Source: Callorhinchus milii
Taxonomy: Eukaryota
DNA: 64,000 nucleotides
Reading direction: 5' to 3'
Assembly (NCBI RefSeq): GCF_018977255.1
Contig: NW_024704742.1
Span: 7,938,001 to 8,002,000 of the forward strand
Shown here in pieces: positions 24,916-37,424 of the stretch. The translations under genes and the position numbers were made by a program. Below the pieces are notes generated by a model. It did no database searches, was not told the DNA's origin, and worked only from the letters and a program-made list of their open reading frames with translations. The first letter of the stretch is position 1. Each line of letters starts with the position of its first letter.

Positions 24916-25019
24916 TGTTGATTTTCAGTTGGCTTTAGTACTGTTCCACGTGTGCTATCAGCCATCCGATACCTCAACCTTCTTCAATAGGTCCTGACAG
25001 GTTAATGTCAGTAGGAACA

Positions 25020-25385
25020 GCAACAAGAACAAAAAAATTACACGTATAGAGCGCCTTTCACGTCGGGAGGACGTCCCAAAGCACTGGACAGTCAGGGATC
25101 ACGACCCGAGCATGGGGGAGGGTTGGAGTAGGGGCGAGGGAAGGCAGAGAGGTGGGTGGATGACCGAAGGCACGATCGAAGAGGAGGGTCTTGAGACCGG
25201 CCTTGAAGGAGGCAAGGGAGGAAGTGAGGCGAAGGGACTGTGGGATGGAGTTCCCGATTGTGGGGGCAGAGAGGCTGAAAGCTCGGCCACCGATGGTAGG
25301 AAGCGGGCAGGTTGGTAGGGAGTCAGCAGGTCAGAGACGTAGGAGGGGGCAAGGCCATGCATGGCCTTGAAAATGAGGACAAGGA
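25020..25385 (-). mobile_element. L2 LINE 3' end (family A)
   Basis: ORF 25099-25362 begins HGLAPSYVSDLLTPYQPAR; tail gcgcctttcacgtcgggaggacgtccc. Confidence 0.9.
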
Positions 25386-25884
25386 ACTGTTTTTCAGATC
25401 AAGGGCTATAAAGTGGATTTGCACTTCTTCAACAACAACAGCAACAACAACTTACACTTATATAGAGCAGCCCACCCCCCCACGCAGGCAGGCTAGGGTC
25501 CCAGAGCGCTAGACAGTGGTCTAAAAATAAATCTCTGAAAAATTATATCTTCGAAAACTGTTCCAGCAGCAAGAGCTAAAAAAAAATTACGATTGGATTT
25601 GGCACTGCTTCACTGCTACGTTTGTAGATTTCCACCATCTCTGACTTCAGCACAGACACAAAGTTGCTTTCACTGCTATTTTTTCTCAAGCATTGAACCA
25701 AGTTCCGCCTTTCAGATAGTGAGTCCTTCCTCTCTCTTTCTTCAGACCACATTTCTTTTATTTCTTTTATTACAGTCTTTGATTCAGTCTTGGTTTGGAA
25801 GCCGCTTTTCCACAGTTCGTACAAAAGTGGCTCCGGAATTTCAGAATTTAACAATTCTGTTTGATCTCACTTAATAATTGTTAA

Positions 25885-26086
25885 TTATTAATAATAATTT
25901 GGTTACTCAATCCACAATTGTTTGTTGGACGCTGCTGTGCGCAATTGGCTGCAACCTTTTGCTCCCAACATATGCAGTCGCTACATTTTACAGTATATTC
26001 TGTGAAGCGCTTGGCTTCCAAACCAAGACCGAATCAAAGACTGAGACGCCTCGAAGAAGTGATGAATTGCAAGTATTATTATTATT
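25885..26086 (+). mobile_element. SINE 3' half carrying a 31-nt insertion in its tail hairpin
   Basis: ...gaagcgctt[ggcttccaaaccaagaccgaatcaaagactg]agacgcctcgaag... Confidence 0.85.
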
Positions 26087-26955
26087 AGGTTTAATACCAT
26101 GATATGTTCAGATGGCAAAAGCCGATACACAATTGTGGTAAGGCACAACTGAGCAGATACCACACCATTCACAACAGATCTAACAATCTTCCAACACTTG
26201 AATTCTCACAATTCATATGTTCCACGAAAGACAGAGAGGGAGAGAGAGAGAAAGAAAGAGAGAGAGAAGCACTCAAAACATACTCACTTATGAAAGCAAC
26301 AGCAGGGAACAAGTGTCTGGCAGCAGGAAACAAAATTGAAAGAGTTGCTGCTCCTTTTTGCCTGAGTTAACAATCATGGAAGACAGTTTGGGGTTAACCA
26401 GACTCCCGAGAACTGGATGACACATTGAGTTACTGCACTCTCCTTTTGCTTTTAGGTACAGGTTTGAGACGAGACCAAGTTGATGGGATGAAGGCTGCCT
26501 TTCTCTCAACCATAGATCCATAGAAATTTACATTCTAAAAGGAGGGCCATTTGCTCAAACTGGTTTCCGTATTTGCCTACAAAATACACAGTCGCTACAG
26601 TTTACAGAAACTCTCTAGGAAGCACTTTCAGATGTTTCAACGTCATATGATACAAGGATGTATTATTATTATTATTATTATTTGTAATAAAATGGAAAAC
26701 ATTGTACCTACTCTCAGAGGAAGGTCCAGGCTCAAATCTCCTCAACTTGCATTAGGTTTTACCGTTCCCATCTCCAGTTTCCTGTAACTAAACCATCTTA
26801 GTGTTCACTCACAACCCTCAGCTATTAGCTTTCTGACACATATGGAACATCACCTCACTTTAGTCGATTCACTTTACAGTGTATTCTGTGAAGCGCTTTG
26901 AGACGTCTCGAAGACATGATAAGGGGCTATATCAAATGCAAGGATTATTATTATT
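26043..26955 (+). repeat. Local duplication, copy B (~0.9 kb)
   Basis: Near-identical to 12900-13822. Confidence 0.95.
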
Positions 26956-28379
26956 TTTCTCTCCAACCCATCCTGTTTTCCTGGACTAACTTACCCTTTG
27001 CATTCCTGCACTCTTTCAACGTGTAACGGTGGTGCTGCTGAATTATGCTTTGCATTTGCTTTGGAATCACTGTAAGAGTGAATAAATTCTGAGATGATTT
27101 TTATGAAATGGACCTTCTTTAAATGCAACAAAGCACGGTGATGGTATTTGCATTCATGCAACATACTTCAGGGACTGCAAGAGAGATAGCTAGTCTTGTG
27201 ACGGTAGCAATAATATAGGATTTGAATTAATGAAACCGGGCTAAGGTTATGTCCTATGTTGTCATAGATAGATATAATTTCTCATTAACTGTTGTAAACT
27301 CAATCTACAGCTGCCATGTATGCCCATATATCAATTTATATTGCTCAATAAAAACAGCGCTAAAACAGCTCTGTCGAATTCACTGTAAGATGCTTTGTGC
27401 ATCAATCCCCAAATCAGAGCGAGGTTTTCTGCGCCGCTTTATTTGTGTTGATATTTTTGTGTTTCGGGGCAGAGTTAGTTATGTTATGTTTGTTAGGCTC
27501 TGTCCTGTCTCTTTCCAGTCCAGTCCCATAAACAGCAGCCAGTTGTTTCGTTTTATAGCAGCTCCTCTCTCACACTCCCCAACTTCCAAAGAAAAGAAGA
27601 ACCATTCTTTATTATTTTCTACTGTATTAATGCTGTGATCATTGATGTTCTGAGCAATACTCTTCTTGTTCCTCTCAAATACATTGACCGAGACAATTCT
27701 TACAACCTTCCTCTTCTCTGCATCCTCATTACATTAAAACAACAACTTGCATTTACACAGCGCCCCTCACACATGGTAGCGTCCCAGAGCTCTTGACAGT
27801 GGTAGAGCGAACCTCCGAGCTGGGGGGAGGTGATTGTATGCACGGTCGATGAGGAAGGTATTCAGACACGACTTGAAAATCAAAGTCTTTGCACCATTTC
27901 TTACTCTCTCCTTCTCTCTCATCAGTTTGAGACTGTAACTCTTTAACTCCCTCAGTCTTTACTTCATCCTATACCACTTATCTTTTTCTTTCTTTCTGAT
28001 TATTCGGATTTTGGCCTTGGTAGTTCTCTGATTTTTCGGAGTCAAATTGACTTAAAACAAACCTGTGGAACATATCTTATTTATTGTTTGTTTTGGGGAT
28101 AATAATAATCTCTGTACTTGATACAGCACACTATCACATTGTCGATAAGTCTCAAAATGCTTCATGAGGTTTGCTGTAAAGCATTTATGTGCAGGTGAAG
28201 GTGGCGGCTAAAATGTGGCCGGATACATTGAGCTTTTTGATCATCAGCTAAAACCTCGTAACTTGCCATTGAGGATACTGTGTGGTAAGTTTCCTGCTGC
28301 TTATCAAGCTCGGATCACTCTCCTGTCAGGGTTAAGGATCTGAGTGGGAAGAATCCCTGTCCCCAGTGCTTTAACAATG

Positions 28380-28556
28380 TCAACCTATGACTGTTTGTGG
28401 GACATTGCTGTGCGCAATTGGCTGCCGCGTTCGCCCACAAATTTACAGTCAATTCACTTTACAGTGTGTTCTGTGAAGCGCTTTGGGACGTCCTTCCGAC
28501 GTGAAAAACGCTATATCAAATGCAAGGATTATTATTATTATTATTATTATTATTAT
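28380..28556 (+). mobile_element. SINE 3' half (short-subfamily tail type)
   Basis: gggacgtccttccgacgtgaaaaacgctatatcaaatgcaagg(att)n. Confidence 0.9.
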
Positions 28557-28600
28557 GTGGTTTCAACTAGTTAAACTCCACAATTACCCCCAAAGTCAAC

Positions 28601-28932
28601 GTGGAGTCCTGCAGCTCAGTGGTTAGAGCACTCGCCTCCCAAGCGAGAAGACCTGGGTTTGAATCCCAGGGCGAAACATTGGGCAAGTTTCCTTACTCCG
28701 CACGCCTCTGTCCACCTAGCAGTAAGTAGGAACCCGGTAATAATTCCTTCAAAAAAAAATTGGTCACTTCAATCCACGACTGTTAGTGGGACACTGCTGT
28801 GAGCAATTGGCTGCCGCGTTTCACCCACAAAATATACAGTCAATTTACTTTGCAGTATATTCTGTGAAGCGCTTTGAGACGTCTCAAAGAAGTGATAAGG
28901 CCCTATATCAAATGCAAGGATTATTATTATTA
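28601..28932 (+). mobile_element. CORE-like SINE, long subfamily, small internal deletion
   Basis: Head, middle and tail present. Confidence 0.9.
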
Positions 28933-28939
28933 CAAAACA

Positions 28940-30375
28940 GTAAGGAGGAAGATTGCACGGGGTGGGAAGGAGGGTGACGGAAGGTACAGTCGAAGAGAAG
29001 GGTTTTGAGACGGGTCTTGAAGGAGGCAAGGGAGGGGGCAAGGTGAATGGACCTGGGGTGGAGTTCCAGAGGATGGGGGTAGAGTGGCAGAAGGCCCGCC
29101 TGCCAATGGTGGGGCAGACGAGGCCCGGGATGTGAAGCAGGCCGGAGCCCACTTAGTGCAGGTTGGTAGGGGTTAGAAGGTCGCAGAGGTAGGGGGGAGC
29201 AAAGCAATGGAGGGCTTTGAAGGTGAGGACCAGGATCTTGAACTGTATCCTCTGTGTGATGGGAAGCCAGTGGAGTTGGGCGAGGATGGGGCTGATAGAA
29301 TCACGGAGCCTGGTGCGGGAGAGGACACGGATTGCCGAGTTGTGGATAATCTGCAGCCTGTGGAGGGAGGAGTTGGGGAGGCCGACAAGCAGGGAGTTTG
29401 CGTAGTCAAGCCTGGATGTTATGAATGCATGTACGAGGGGTATCTGGGTGGCCTGCAATGTGAGACAGGGGCAGAGTCGAGCGATGTTGCAGAGGTGCGG
29501 AAAGGAGGAGAGGGTCATGGTACAGATGTGGGATACGAAGGACAGTTAAGGTTCCGCTGAGGTTCCGTATTGGCTCCATGAGATATAGAGCGCATCCATG
29601 GAGGGAGATGCTGTCAGCGCCCGAGATATGGAGTCGCTGATGGGAGCCGAGCAGGAAGGCCTCAGTCTTGTTGACATTCAAGTGCAGGAAGTTAGATCTT
29701 ATCTAGGAATTGATGTCCAACAGGCTGACTGCCTGTTGAGGACAGCAGTGGTCCTGGAACCAAGGTTGGTGGCAAAGAGATAGAGTTGGGTGTCATCCGC
29801 ATACATGTGGAAGTTGACCCCATGTCTGCGGATGATGTCACCAAGGGGGAGCCTATAGATATTGAAAAGGAGAGGGTCAAGGACAGAGCCTTGAGGGACG
29901 TCACACATGATGGTCCGGGGGTTGGTGGAGAAGCCATGAGTGCCGACGATGGGAGAGGTAGGATTCGAACCAGGCAGGGGCATGTCTGCAAAGATTGAGC
30001 TGAGAGGAGAGACTGTGTAGGAGGATAGAATGGTTGACAGTGTCGAAGACAGCAGAGAGCTCAAGGAGGACAGGGAGGCAGAGAGAGCCCTGGTCACAAA
30101 TGTTCAGAACGTATTTGGTGACTTTGACCATGGCTGTTTCCACGCTGTGGACAGCATGGAAACCCGATTGGAGGGGTTCAGAGAGGGAATAGCAGGAGAG
30201 GAAGGAGCAAAGTTGGGACGCGATGACTCGTTCCGGGGCTTTGGAGAGGAATGGGAGCTCGGAGATGGGGCAATAGCTGGAGAGTAGGGGTGGGTCCAGG
30301 GAAGGTAATTTGAAGATGAGGGTGATGACAGCTGGCGTGGGATGGGGTGGGAACAGTGCCAGTGGATAAGGAGAT
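28940..30375 (-). mobile_element. L2 LINE ORF2 RT-to-C-terminus remnant
   Basis: [93 protein letters not shown] in overlapping frameshifted ORFs. Confidence 0.95.
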
Positions 30376-30464
30376 GTTGATAATACAAATGATTCGGGGC
30401 CAGGCATTTTGTTCGATTTACCTGGCAACCAGGGTTAACGCTGAGTCCACTGTATGAATAATAA

Positions 30465-30635
30465 TGATAACAATAAATATAATCCTTAAATTTAGTATAG
30501 CTCCTTTCACATCAGGAGGACGTCCAAAGCACTTCACAGGATTTCCTGCAAAGATCCAAGTTCTTATGTGGGACTTGACCCACAACTCTCTGACTCAGAG
30601 GCAATTGTGCCACCAACTGAGCCAACCAGGCTGAC
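30465..30635 (-). mobile_element. Internally deleted Deu-type SINE (head joined to tail)
   Basis: Minus strand gtcagcctgg...ctctgagtcagagagttgtggg head followed closely by the gtgctttggacgtcctcctgatgtgaaagg tail. Confidence 0.6.
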
Positions 30636-32199
30636 CCACAAATACACCCCTCCCACCCCTCAAATTGAAATAAATTGGTTCCGGATCTCACTGTTGCGTG
30701 TAGGACATGGGTGGCCACTGCAAATAAGCTGCCATTTTCGCAACGCATATCATCCTCTTCATTTCTAATGAGCTTCACGCTAAAAAGCTCTTTGAGGTGC
30801 TTCTTTTCTGTCAGAGGAACTGGGTAGACGTAAGTTGCTTTTGGTGACGTGAGCCACAAACCCAGCAAGCGGAGAGGCCAGACTTGTCAGCAGACATCGC
30901 TCCACAACGACATTCCTCGACACATCTCCTCTCTGAAGAGCCTTTTGTATTCAGCTCGTGTCTTCGAACCAAACTCTCCGTGTTTGCTGAAATGTAATTT
31001 CTCACCCGACTGTTTTTCACACAGGCTAATCCCGCTGTGAGTTCCCTGCAAATTGCCAACTCGACATTACAAATTCAAATCAATTTATATTTAGCTATCT
31101 TTCATTTTTAAATCACATATTTGAAATAATCCCTCTGCCTCTACAAACAATCCCATTGACTTTTTTTTTCATTTCAAGGAGTATTCAATAATTTAAGCAC
31201 TGCGCAATTACTCACTCTTCTTGGATCAGGCCTTCACACGACCATAAAATGTCAGTCGAATTTAGTTGCTCCTTATTTACATTGTTATTATGCCAGGTCA
31301 TTGACTTGTACATATTTTTACCCAGGGACTTACACAGCCTGGAAGCCTGCTGCGTTACAAGGCACTGTCAGCTGCTTTTACAGATGGTTTGCTGATTTGT
31401 CAGTGCTGCTCAGTCGCAAGCAAAGGCACAGTTTCTGACCCCCCCCCCCCCCTCACCGTCCCCCACTCACCGCACTCCACCAGGCTTTGTGCAGCAAAGC
31501 TAAACCCTTCACCTAGTCAAAAGGAATGTGTGGGACAGGAGAGGAAGCATGATCGTTGCTACAGCTCAGCTCTTCCAACTGGCTGTGAAACATGTGCAAT
31601 GTTGATCTTAGACATCTTGTGGTGAACGTCAGCGGCAAAAGTAAATTGTAATTTTTTCTATGATCCTCCCAACAATTTATTGATTTATCTATTTATTTAC
31701 TTTATGTATTTTGTTTACTTAACGTATTTGTTTATTTTACTTATTTATTTTTATCTTTTTGTCAATTTTTTAATATTTAGTGTTGTTTTCGTTGACAGCT
31801 TCAAGCGCCTCTTTGTGGCGAAGCTTTCACGTGAAGCCCCCGCTTGCCAATCCGTGTTTAAAAATAAATGCCGGATATCCACCGATCCATTCGTTTCTGT
31901 ACGGTTCATCTGGGTCCTGATGTCACTGGGTATCAAGAATAAGCCATGGACCTAGGCTGAAAATTGTCTGAAGGGAAGACAGGATAGTCGTTCAGGAAAC
32001 TAAGTCAGAATAATAATAATAATCCTTGCATTTGATATAGCGCCTTATCATGTCTTCGAGGCGTCTCAAAGCGCTTCACAGAATATACTGTAAAGTCGAT
32101 TGGCTATAAAATGGGTAAGTATTAAGCGGGATGCCCCAGCAGGCTGTACTGTACTATCCTCTTCCTTGTCAACATTAATGGCTTGGATTTGCAGACCCA

Positions 32200-33090
32200 G
32201 TTTTAAGGTATTTAAAGTTACAGATGGCACTGAGTGAGGGATAATCAGAGGAGGCAGAAAAGGTCTTACAAAGAAAGCTTGACAGTCCATGCACGTGGGC
32301 TGTGTAGTGACAAATGAAGTTCAATATGGTAAATGCAAGGTATTATATGTAGGAAGTACGAATAGGAGATCTGGTACTCCATAGACCGGAGAGAACTTGC
32401 CAAGGGGAAGATGAAAGAGATTTAGGAGTATTAGTTGACTCGTCACTCACTATGTCAGTGACGAGTGTGAGGCAACTAAAACAACAAAACAATAAACAAG
32501 GCAAACGGGATCCTGGGCTATAAGGCAGTTGAGTTTGGGTCCCCAGAAGTCTTACTCAGTCCAGTATAGGCAGTAGAGTGCTCTCATTAGATTGCATCTG
32601 GAGTATCACGTAGAGTCTGGCCACCACAATATGAAATGGCATTTAGGTCCTAGAAACCTAAATGGACATCCTGGGATGTCTTTCTGACGTGAAGGGCGCT
32701 ATACGGGTGTAATTTGTTGTTGTTGTTGTAGAAATAGTACAGAGAGCACCAATCTAGATATCTCTAGTATTAGAAAAATGAGTTTTGAGCAGCAATCAGA
32801 TATCATAGAGTTTTGTTAGCCTTGACAAGAGACATCTCAGAGGGAAGCCTGTACAGATATATAACGTTTCAAACGGGATGCAGAAAGTACACCCAGAGCA
32901 ATACTTTTGGTTGCACTGGCACAGCAGAATAAGATGGTATAGGTTTGGACTTTTTAAAGGGCAATTTCTGGACAGACACCAGGCAGTATTTCTTTACCCA
33001 GAGGGTAATTAACGACTGGAATGAGTTATACCAAAGGATGGTTGAGGCTGGGACACTGTTCTGATTTTAGAAATAGCTTGATGCTCCAAT
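32200..33090 (+). mobile_element. CR1 LINE RT C-terminal remnant (with L2-tail insert at ~32660-32730)
   Basis: QMKFN..KCKVL.VG, ERDLGVLVD, HLEY, RHLRG, FFTQRVINDWN.L motifs. Confidence 0.85.
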
Positions 33091-33555
33091 GGGTAGTTTA
33101 TAATACTGTCCTGCAAGTCGGGTATTGTGGAAGGAAGATATCAAACAGTCCAAAGGAAATTCTTTTTGTAATCTTGCGATATAAAGAACTTGATATTTGT
33201 AAATTCTTTACCAATGACAAATTACTGCAAATTAGACCGCAGTGTGTAAAGTATAAGATGCCTCTCCCTTACTCCAGTGTGTGTAAATAAGCGATGGTGT
33301 AAAAGTTAGAATAACGTGCAGCAGATAACTGAAAGCTCCCCCTGCTGATGCTGTGCTTTACCCAAGTGCACTCCGAAATAGTGAGTTTGTAACCGAACCA
33401 TTCTCTGCAGGCAAGTTAATGAGTGAAGTCTATCGTGAATGACGCCTCGTTAAATGCACTGCATCACCAAACACTGCACTACAAAGTTATTTCTGTTTCC
33501 CATGGACTAAATTGGTGCCACAGAAAGAAGCAGAAGTCAACCACCTGTTCAGTGC

Positions 33556-34030
33556 CAGTGTAGGTCTGGCTCAGTTATTCTCACTCTTGTCTCTAAATCA
33601 GAAGGTTGTGGGTTCAAATCCCACATCGGGACTTGGAACCCATATAATCTATGTTGACACTCCAATGCAGTGCTGGGGGTATGCTGCATCGTACGAGATG
33701 TGGTCCTTTGAATGAGATGTTAAACTGAAACCCTATCTGCCTGTTAAGATGGGTGTTAAAGATCCCATGGCACTATTCGAAAAAAGAAGGGAGTTTATCC
33801 CAATATCCTGGCTAACAATCCCCCAAATAATAGAGGTCATTCACTTTATGATTTGTGGGACATTGCTATACACAAATTAGCTGTCTCATTTGTCCACAAA
33901 ACAACAACAACCACAACAATAAAATTACATTTCACAGTTACTGCACTTTACAGTATACGGTGCGAATCGCTTTGGGACATCCTCCTGATGTGAAAGGAGC
34001 TATATCAAATATAAGGATTATTATATTTAT
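33556..34030 (+). mobile_element. Deu-domain SINE, essentially full length
   Basis: tRNA-like head; gagatgttaaactgaaaccctatctgcctgttaagatgggtgttaaagatcccatggcactattcga core; same 3' tail as the CORE-like SINE. Confidence 0.85.
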
Positions 34031-34315
34031 TATCACTTGAGGAGACCTTGTGCGTTGTGTAATAAAGAGTGACGGAGGCAATGGAAAATGTAGGACGGTG
34101 AATTTAATGGTGAGAATGATTGTGTTCCAGAATGTGAGTTAATAATACATCTGCCCTTATATTAAATAACTACAACAACAAATAGCCCGAAGCTGACTTG
34201 CCAAAGATAAATATAACTTTTCACATATCGATGTGTTCTTTTCAATTTAGGCTCTGACCTTACCGTGGTGAGAGCAAAAGCAAGGAGAGCAGAACCACTC
34301 AGACATTACCTCATC

Positions 34316-34495
34316 GGAGTCCTGTAGTTCAGTGGTTAGAGCACTCACTTCGCAAGTGAGGGACCCGAGTTCGATTCCCGGCAGGGCGAAACGTTACTCC
34401 ACACGCCTCTGTTTACCTATCAGTAAGTCGGAACCCGGTTGTTAAGTCGATTGGCGGATCGCTTTTCCGGGGGTAATAATCCCTTCAAAAAACAA
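34316..34495 (+). mobile_element. CORE-like SINE 5' half (long subfamily)
   Basis: Head and middle only; abuts the tail of an opposite-strand copy. Confidence 0.9.
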
Positions 34496-34524
34496 TTCAA
34501 AAATGATTTAAAAAATTATAAATT

Positions 34525-34850
34525 AATAATAATAATAATAATCTTTGCATTTGATATAGTGCTTTTCACGTCGGGAGGACATCCCAAAGCGTTTCACAGA
34601 ACACACTGTAAAGTGAATTGACTGTATATCTGTAGGCAAACGCGGCAGCCAATTAGGCACAGCAATGTCCCACAAACAGTCATATGGATTGAAAATGACC
34701 AATTTATTATTGTTTTGTTTTTTTGGAGGGATTATTATTAGACGTGTGGAGTAAGGAAACTTGCCCAAGGTTTCGCCCTCTGCCTGGAATTGAACTCAGG
34801 TCTCTCACTTGCAAAGCGAGTGCTCTAACCACTGAGCCACAGGACTCCAC
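34525..34850 (-). mobile_element. CORE-like SINE, short subfamily, full length
   Basis: Head at 34850, tail at 34525. Confidence 0.92.
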
Positions 34851-35295
34851 TTGGACCACAATTGGTCACTTAATCCACGACTTTTGTTGGACACTGCCGG
34901 GCACAATTGGCTGTGCCAATTATTATCTTCTAGTGGAGGCCATGAGAAGAACTCAACCTCAAGAACTGAAGAGAAAGCAATTGTTAGTGTTTCTGTAAAG
35001 GAAAAGCGACATGTGCAATCCTGGTGCCGTTTAATAAATATAATAATCCTTACATTTGATACGGTATTCTTCACATAGGGAGGATATCTCAAAGAGTTTC
35101 ACAGGATAAACTGTAAAATGTAGTGACTATGTGACTGGGAATTCATAGCCAATTTGCGCACAGCAATGTCCTACAAACAGCCATTAAATGACAGATATTG
35201 CGTGTGACATCAATTTCCAGTGAAAGTGCTTTGAAACATTTTGACATTATTAGCTCTTTATCAATTGCAAGGATTATTATATATCATGACAATGA

Positions 35296-35613
35296 ATAAT
35301 AATAATCCTTGCATTAGATATAAAGGTTTTCAGGTCTTCGAGATGTCTCAAAGCGCTTCACGGAATATACTATAAAAGGAATTGACCGTATATTTGTGGG
35401 TGAAACGTGGCAGTCAATTGCGCACGGTAGCGTCCCACAAACCGTCATGGATTGAAGTGACCAATTTACTATTGTTTTTTTTCTTGAGGGATTATTATCG
35501 GACGTGTGGAGTAAGGAAACTTGCCCAAGATTTCGCCCTGACCTGCCGGGAATCGAACCCAGGTCTCTCGCTTGTGAGGTGAGTCCTCTAGCCACTGAGC
35601 TATAGGACTCCAC
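35296..35613 (-). mobile_element. CORE-like SINE, short subfamily variant with GGTCA insertion
   Basis: cccggcaggtcagggcgaaa shared with 35925-36200 and (as gatca) 54130-54451. Confidence 0.92.
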
Positions 35614-35924
35614 ATATCATATCTTTATATAATTTCAGACAAGGCCACATATATATTTTTAGAACTTCGCTTATTTTACAACAATTTAAACCCACTAACA
35701 ATATAATACTGTATAAAATTGCATTTATGTAGCACCTTTCACGTCAGGTGGAAACTTTGAACAAATTGAACGAGTTGAAATGTTTCTATCTCAAAACTTT
35801 CCGGAGAAACTTAAAAATAATGCCTGTGGATCAAGCCTCCTGCAGAGATGTTCAGTTCTTGTAGTTTATAGAAATATTGTAGATTTTTTTTGAGGAGGAA
35901 GAGGCACAGATCAACATCTATTTT

Positions 35925-36200
35925 AATAATAATAATCTTGCATTTGAGACGTCTGAAAGCGCTTCAAAGAATAGACTGTAGAATGAATCGACTGTATATT
36001 TTGTGGGCGAAAATGCAGGTAATTGCGCACAGCACTTGTGTCCAAGAAACAGTCGTGGATTGAAGTGATCAATTTTCTTATTGCTTTATTTTCTTGAGGG
36101 ATTATTATCAGACGTGTGGAGTAAGGAAACTTGCCCAAGGTTTCGCCCTGACCTGCCGGGAATCAAACCCAGGTCTGTCACTTGCGAGGCGAGTACTCTT
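35925..36200 (-). mobile_element. CORE-like SINE, short variant, 5'-clipped
   Basis: Same diagnostic insertion as 35296-35613. Confidence 0.88.
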
Positions 36201-37424
36201 ATTCTGGAGAATGCAGCAGCCAATCTGCACACAGCAATGTCCCACAAACAGACGTGAAGTGATATGACCAGTGGCATTCAGTTCTGTTCTGCTAGTGAGG
36301 ACCAGAGCCTATGTACCTCCCGTGCAGTGAAGCCACAGTCTCGCAAGTCAACACGACACACAGGGGTTTCGCAGCAGAAAATGCAGTTTATGTTGCCAAA
36401 CTCCTTTCCAGCAAAGTGTCTGACACATTCGGAAACCAGAGAGTATTTTGTGCAAGTTGGCAAGAGCCAAGACTTGGGGACACTAGAATGTGTGTTGTGA
36501 TACTGCTGGAGTCTAACCAGTTAAAACCACTGCATGCTTGCCATTGATATTGCTGTCTGGCAAACTTTCCCGCTGCTTGTCCAAGTAACAGTGCCTTTCC
36601 AACCCATTGGTCATTTTGCATGGAAAAACAGTTGCTGACGTGTTGGTTAATTATTTCAAAATGAACCCGAGACCATTTTACTGAGACTTTAACCGCTTGT
36701 TCAGGCCTGGTTTAAAAACAGGAGGGAATTTCTGACCAACTTTCCTTCAGGTAAAATTGATCATTATAACTGTGCATGGAACCTAATCGTGTCCTGCTCA
36801 CTGTACCTGACGGCAATTACCTTTAAAGTGCTCTGAGAAGTCTTGGCGTTATAGGTTCTGTATCAGATGCAAGGATTTTTTAAATTATATCATGAAAAGT
36901 TCCCATTCTTACTTAAGCAACCAGAATATTAGGGTCAATTTCATAAAATTTCCTAATTAACAAATCTCTTTAAGAAATATTGCGACTTTCGACCCTGACA
37001 TACATTCATTTGAAAGCTGAACGCTCCTGCTCTCTCCTGAATGTAAGAGCGAATACTCCAGCTTGCTCTGACAGATGGTCTTGTGGAAATCTATACAGAT
37101 ACAGCTTTAACAGTATTATTTCATTAGCACCTTAGCAAAGGGATAAAGAGCTAAAATTAACACTTTTAAAGAGTGCTGTATAGCAAAGCCATAAACAGTA
37201 GTGGTGGTTGCATACAGCCGAGTGCGTGGGAATAGGTGTCAGCGTCTGCTCTTCTTTTTTGGGTTGTGCCAAGAACCAAATGCTACATTCTTGAGGTTAC
37301 GCTCAGTGCCTCTCAGGTGTTGTGTTCTGTCTTGCTCGTGTTCATGTGAGAGTCAGTCTTGCAGTCCGCACCGTGTAGCTTTCATCCTTCAAAATGTTTT
37401 GTTCCCAGAGGGCAAAATATACAA

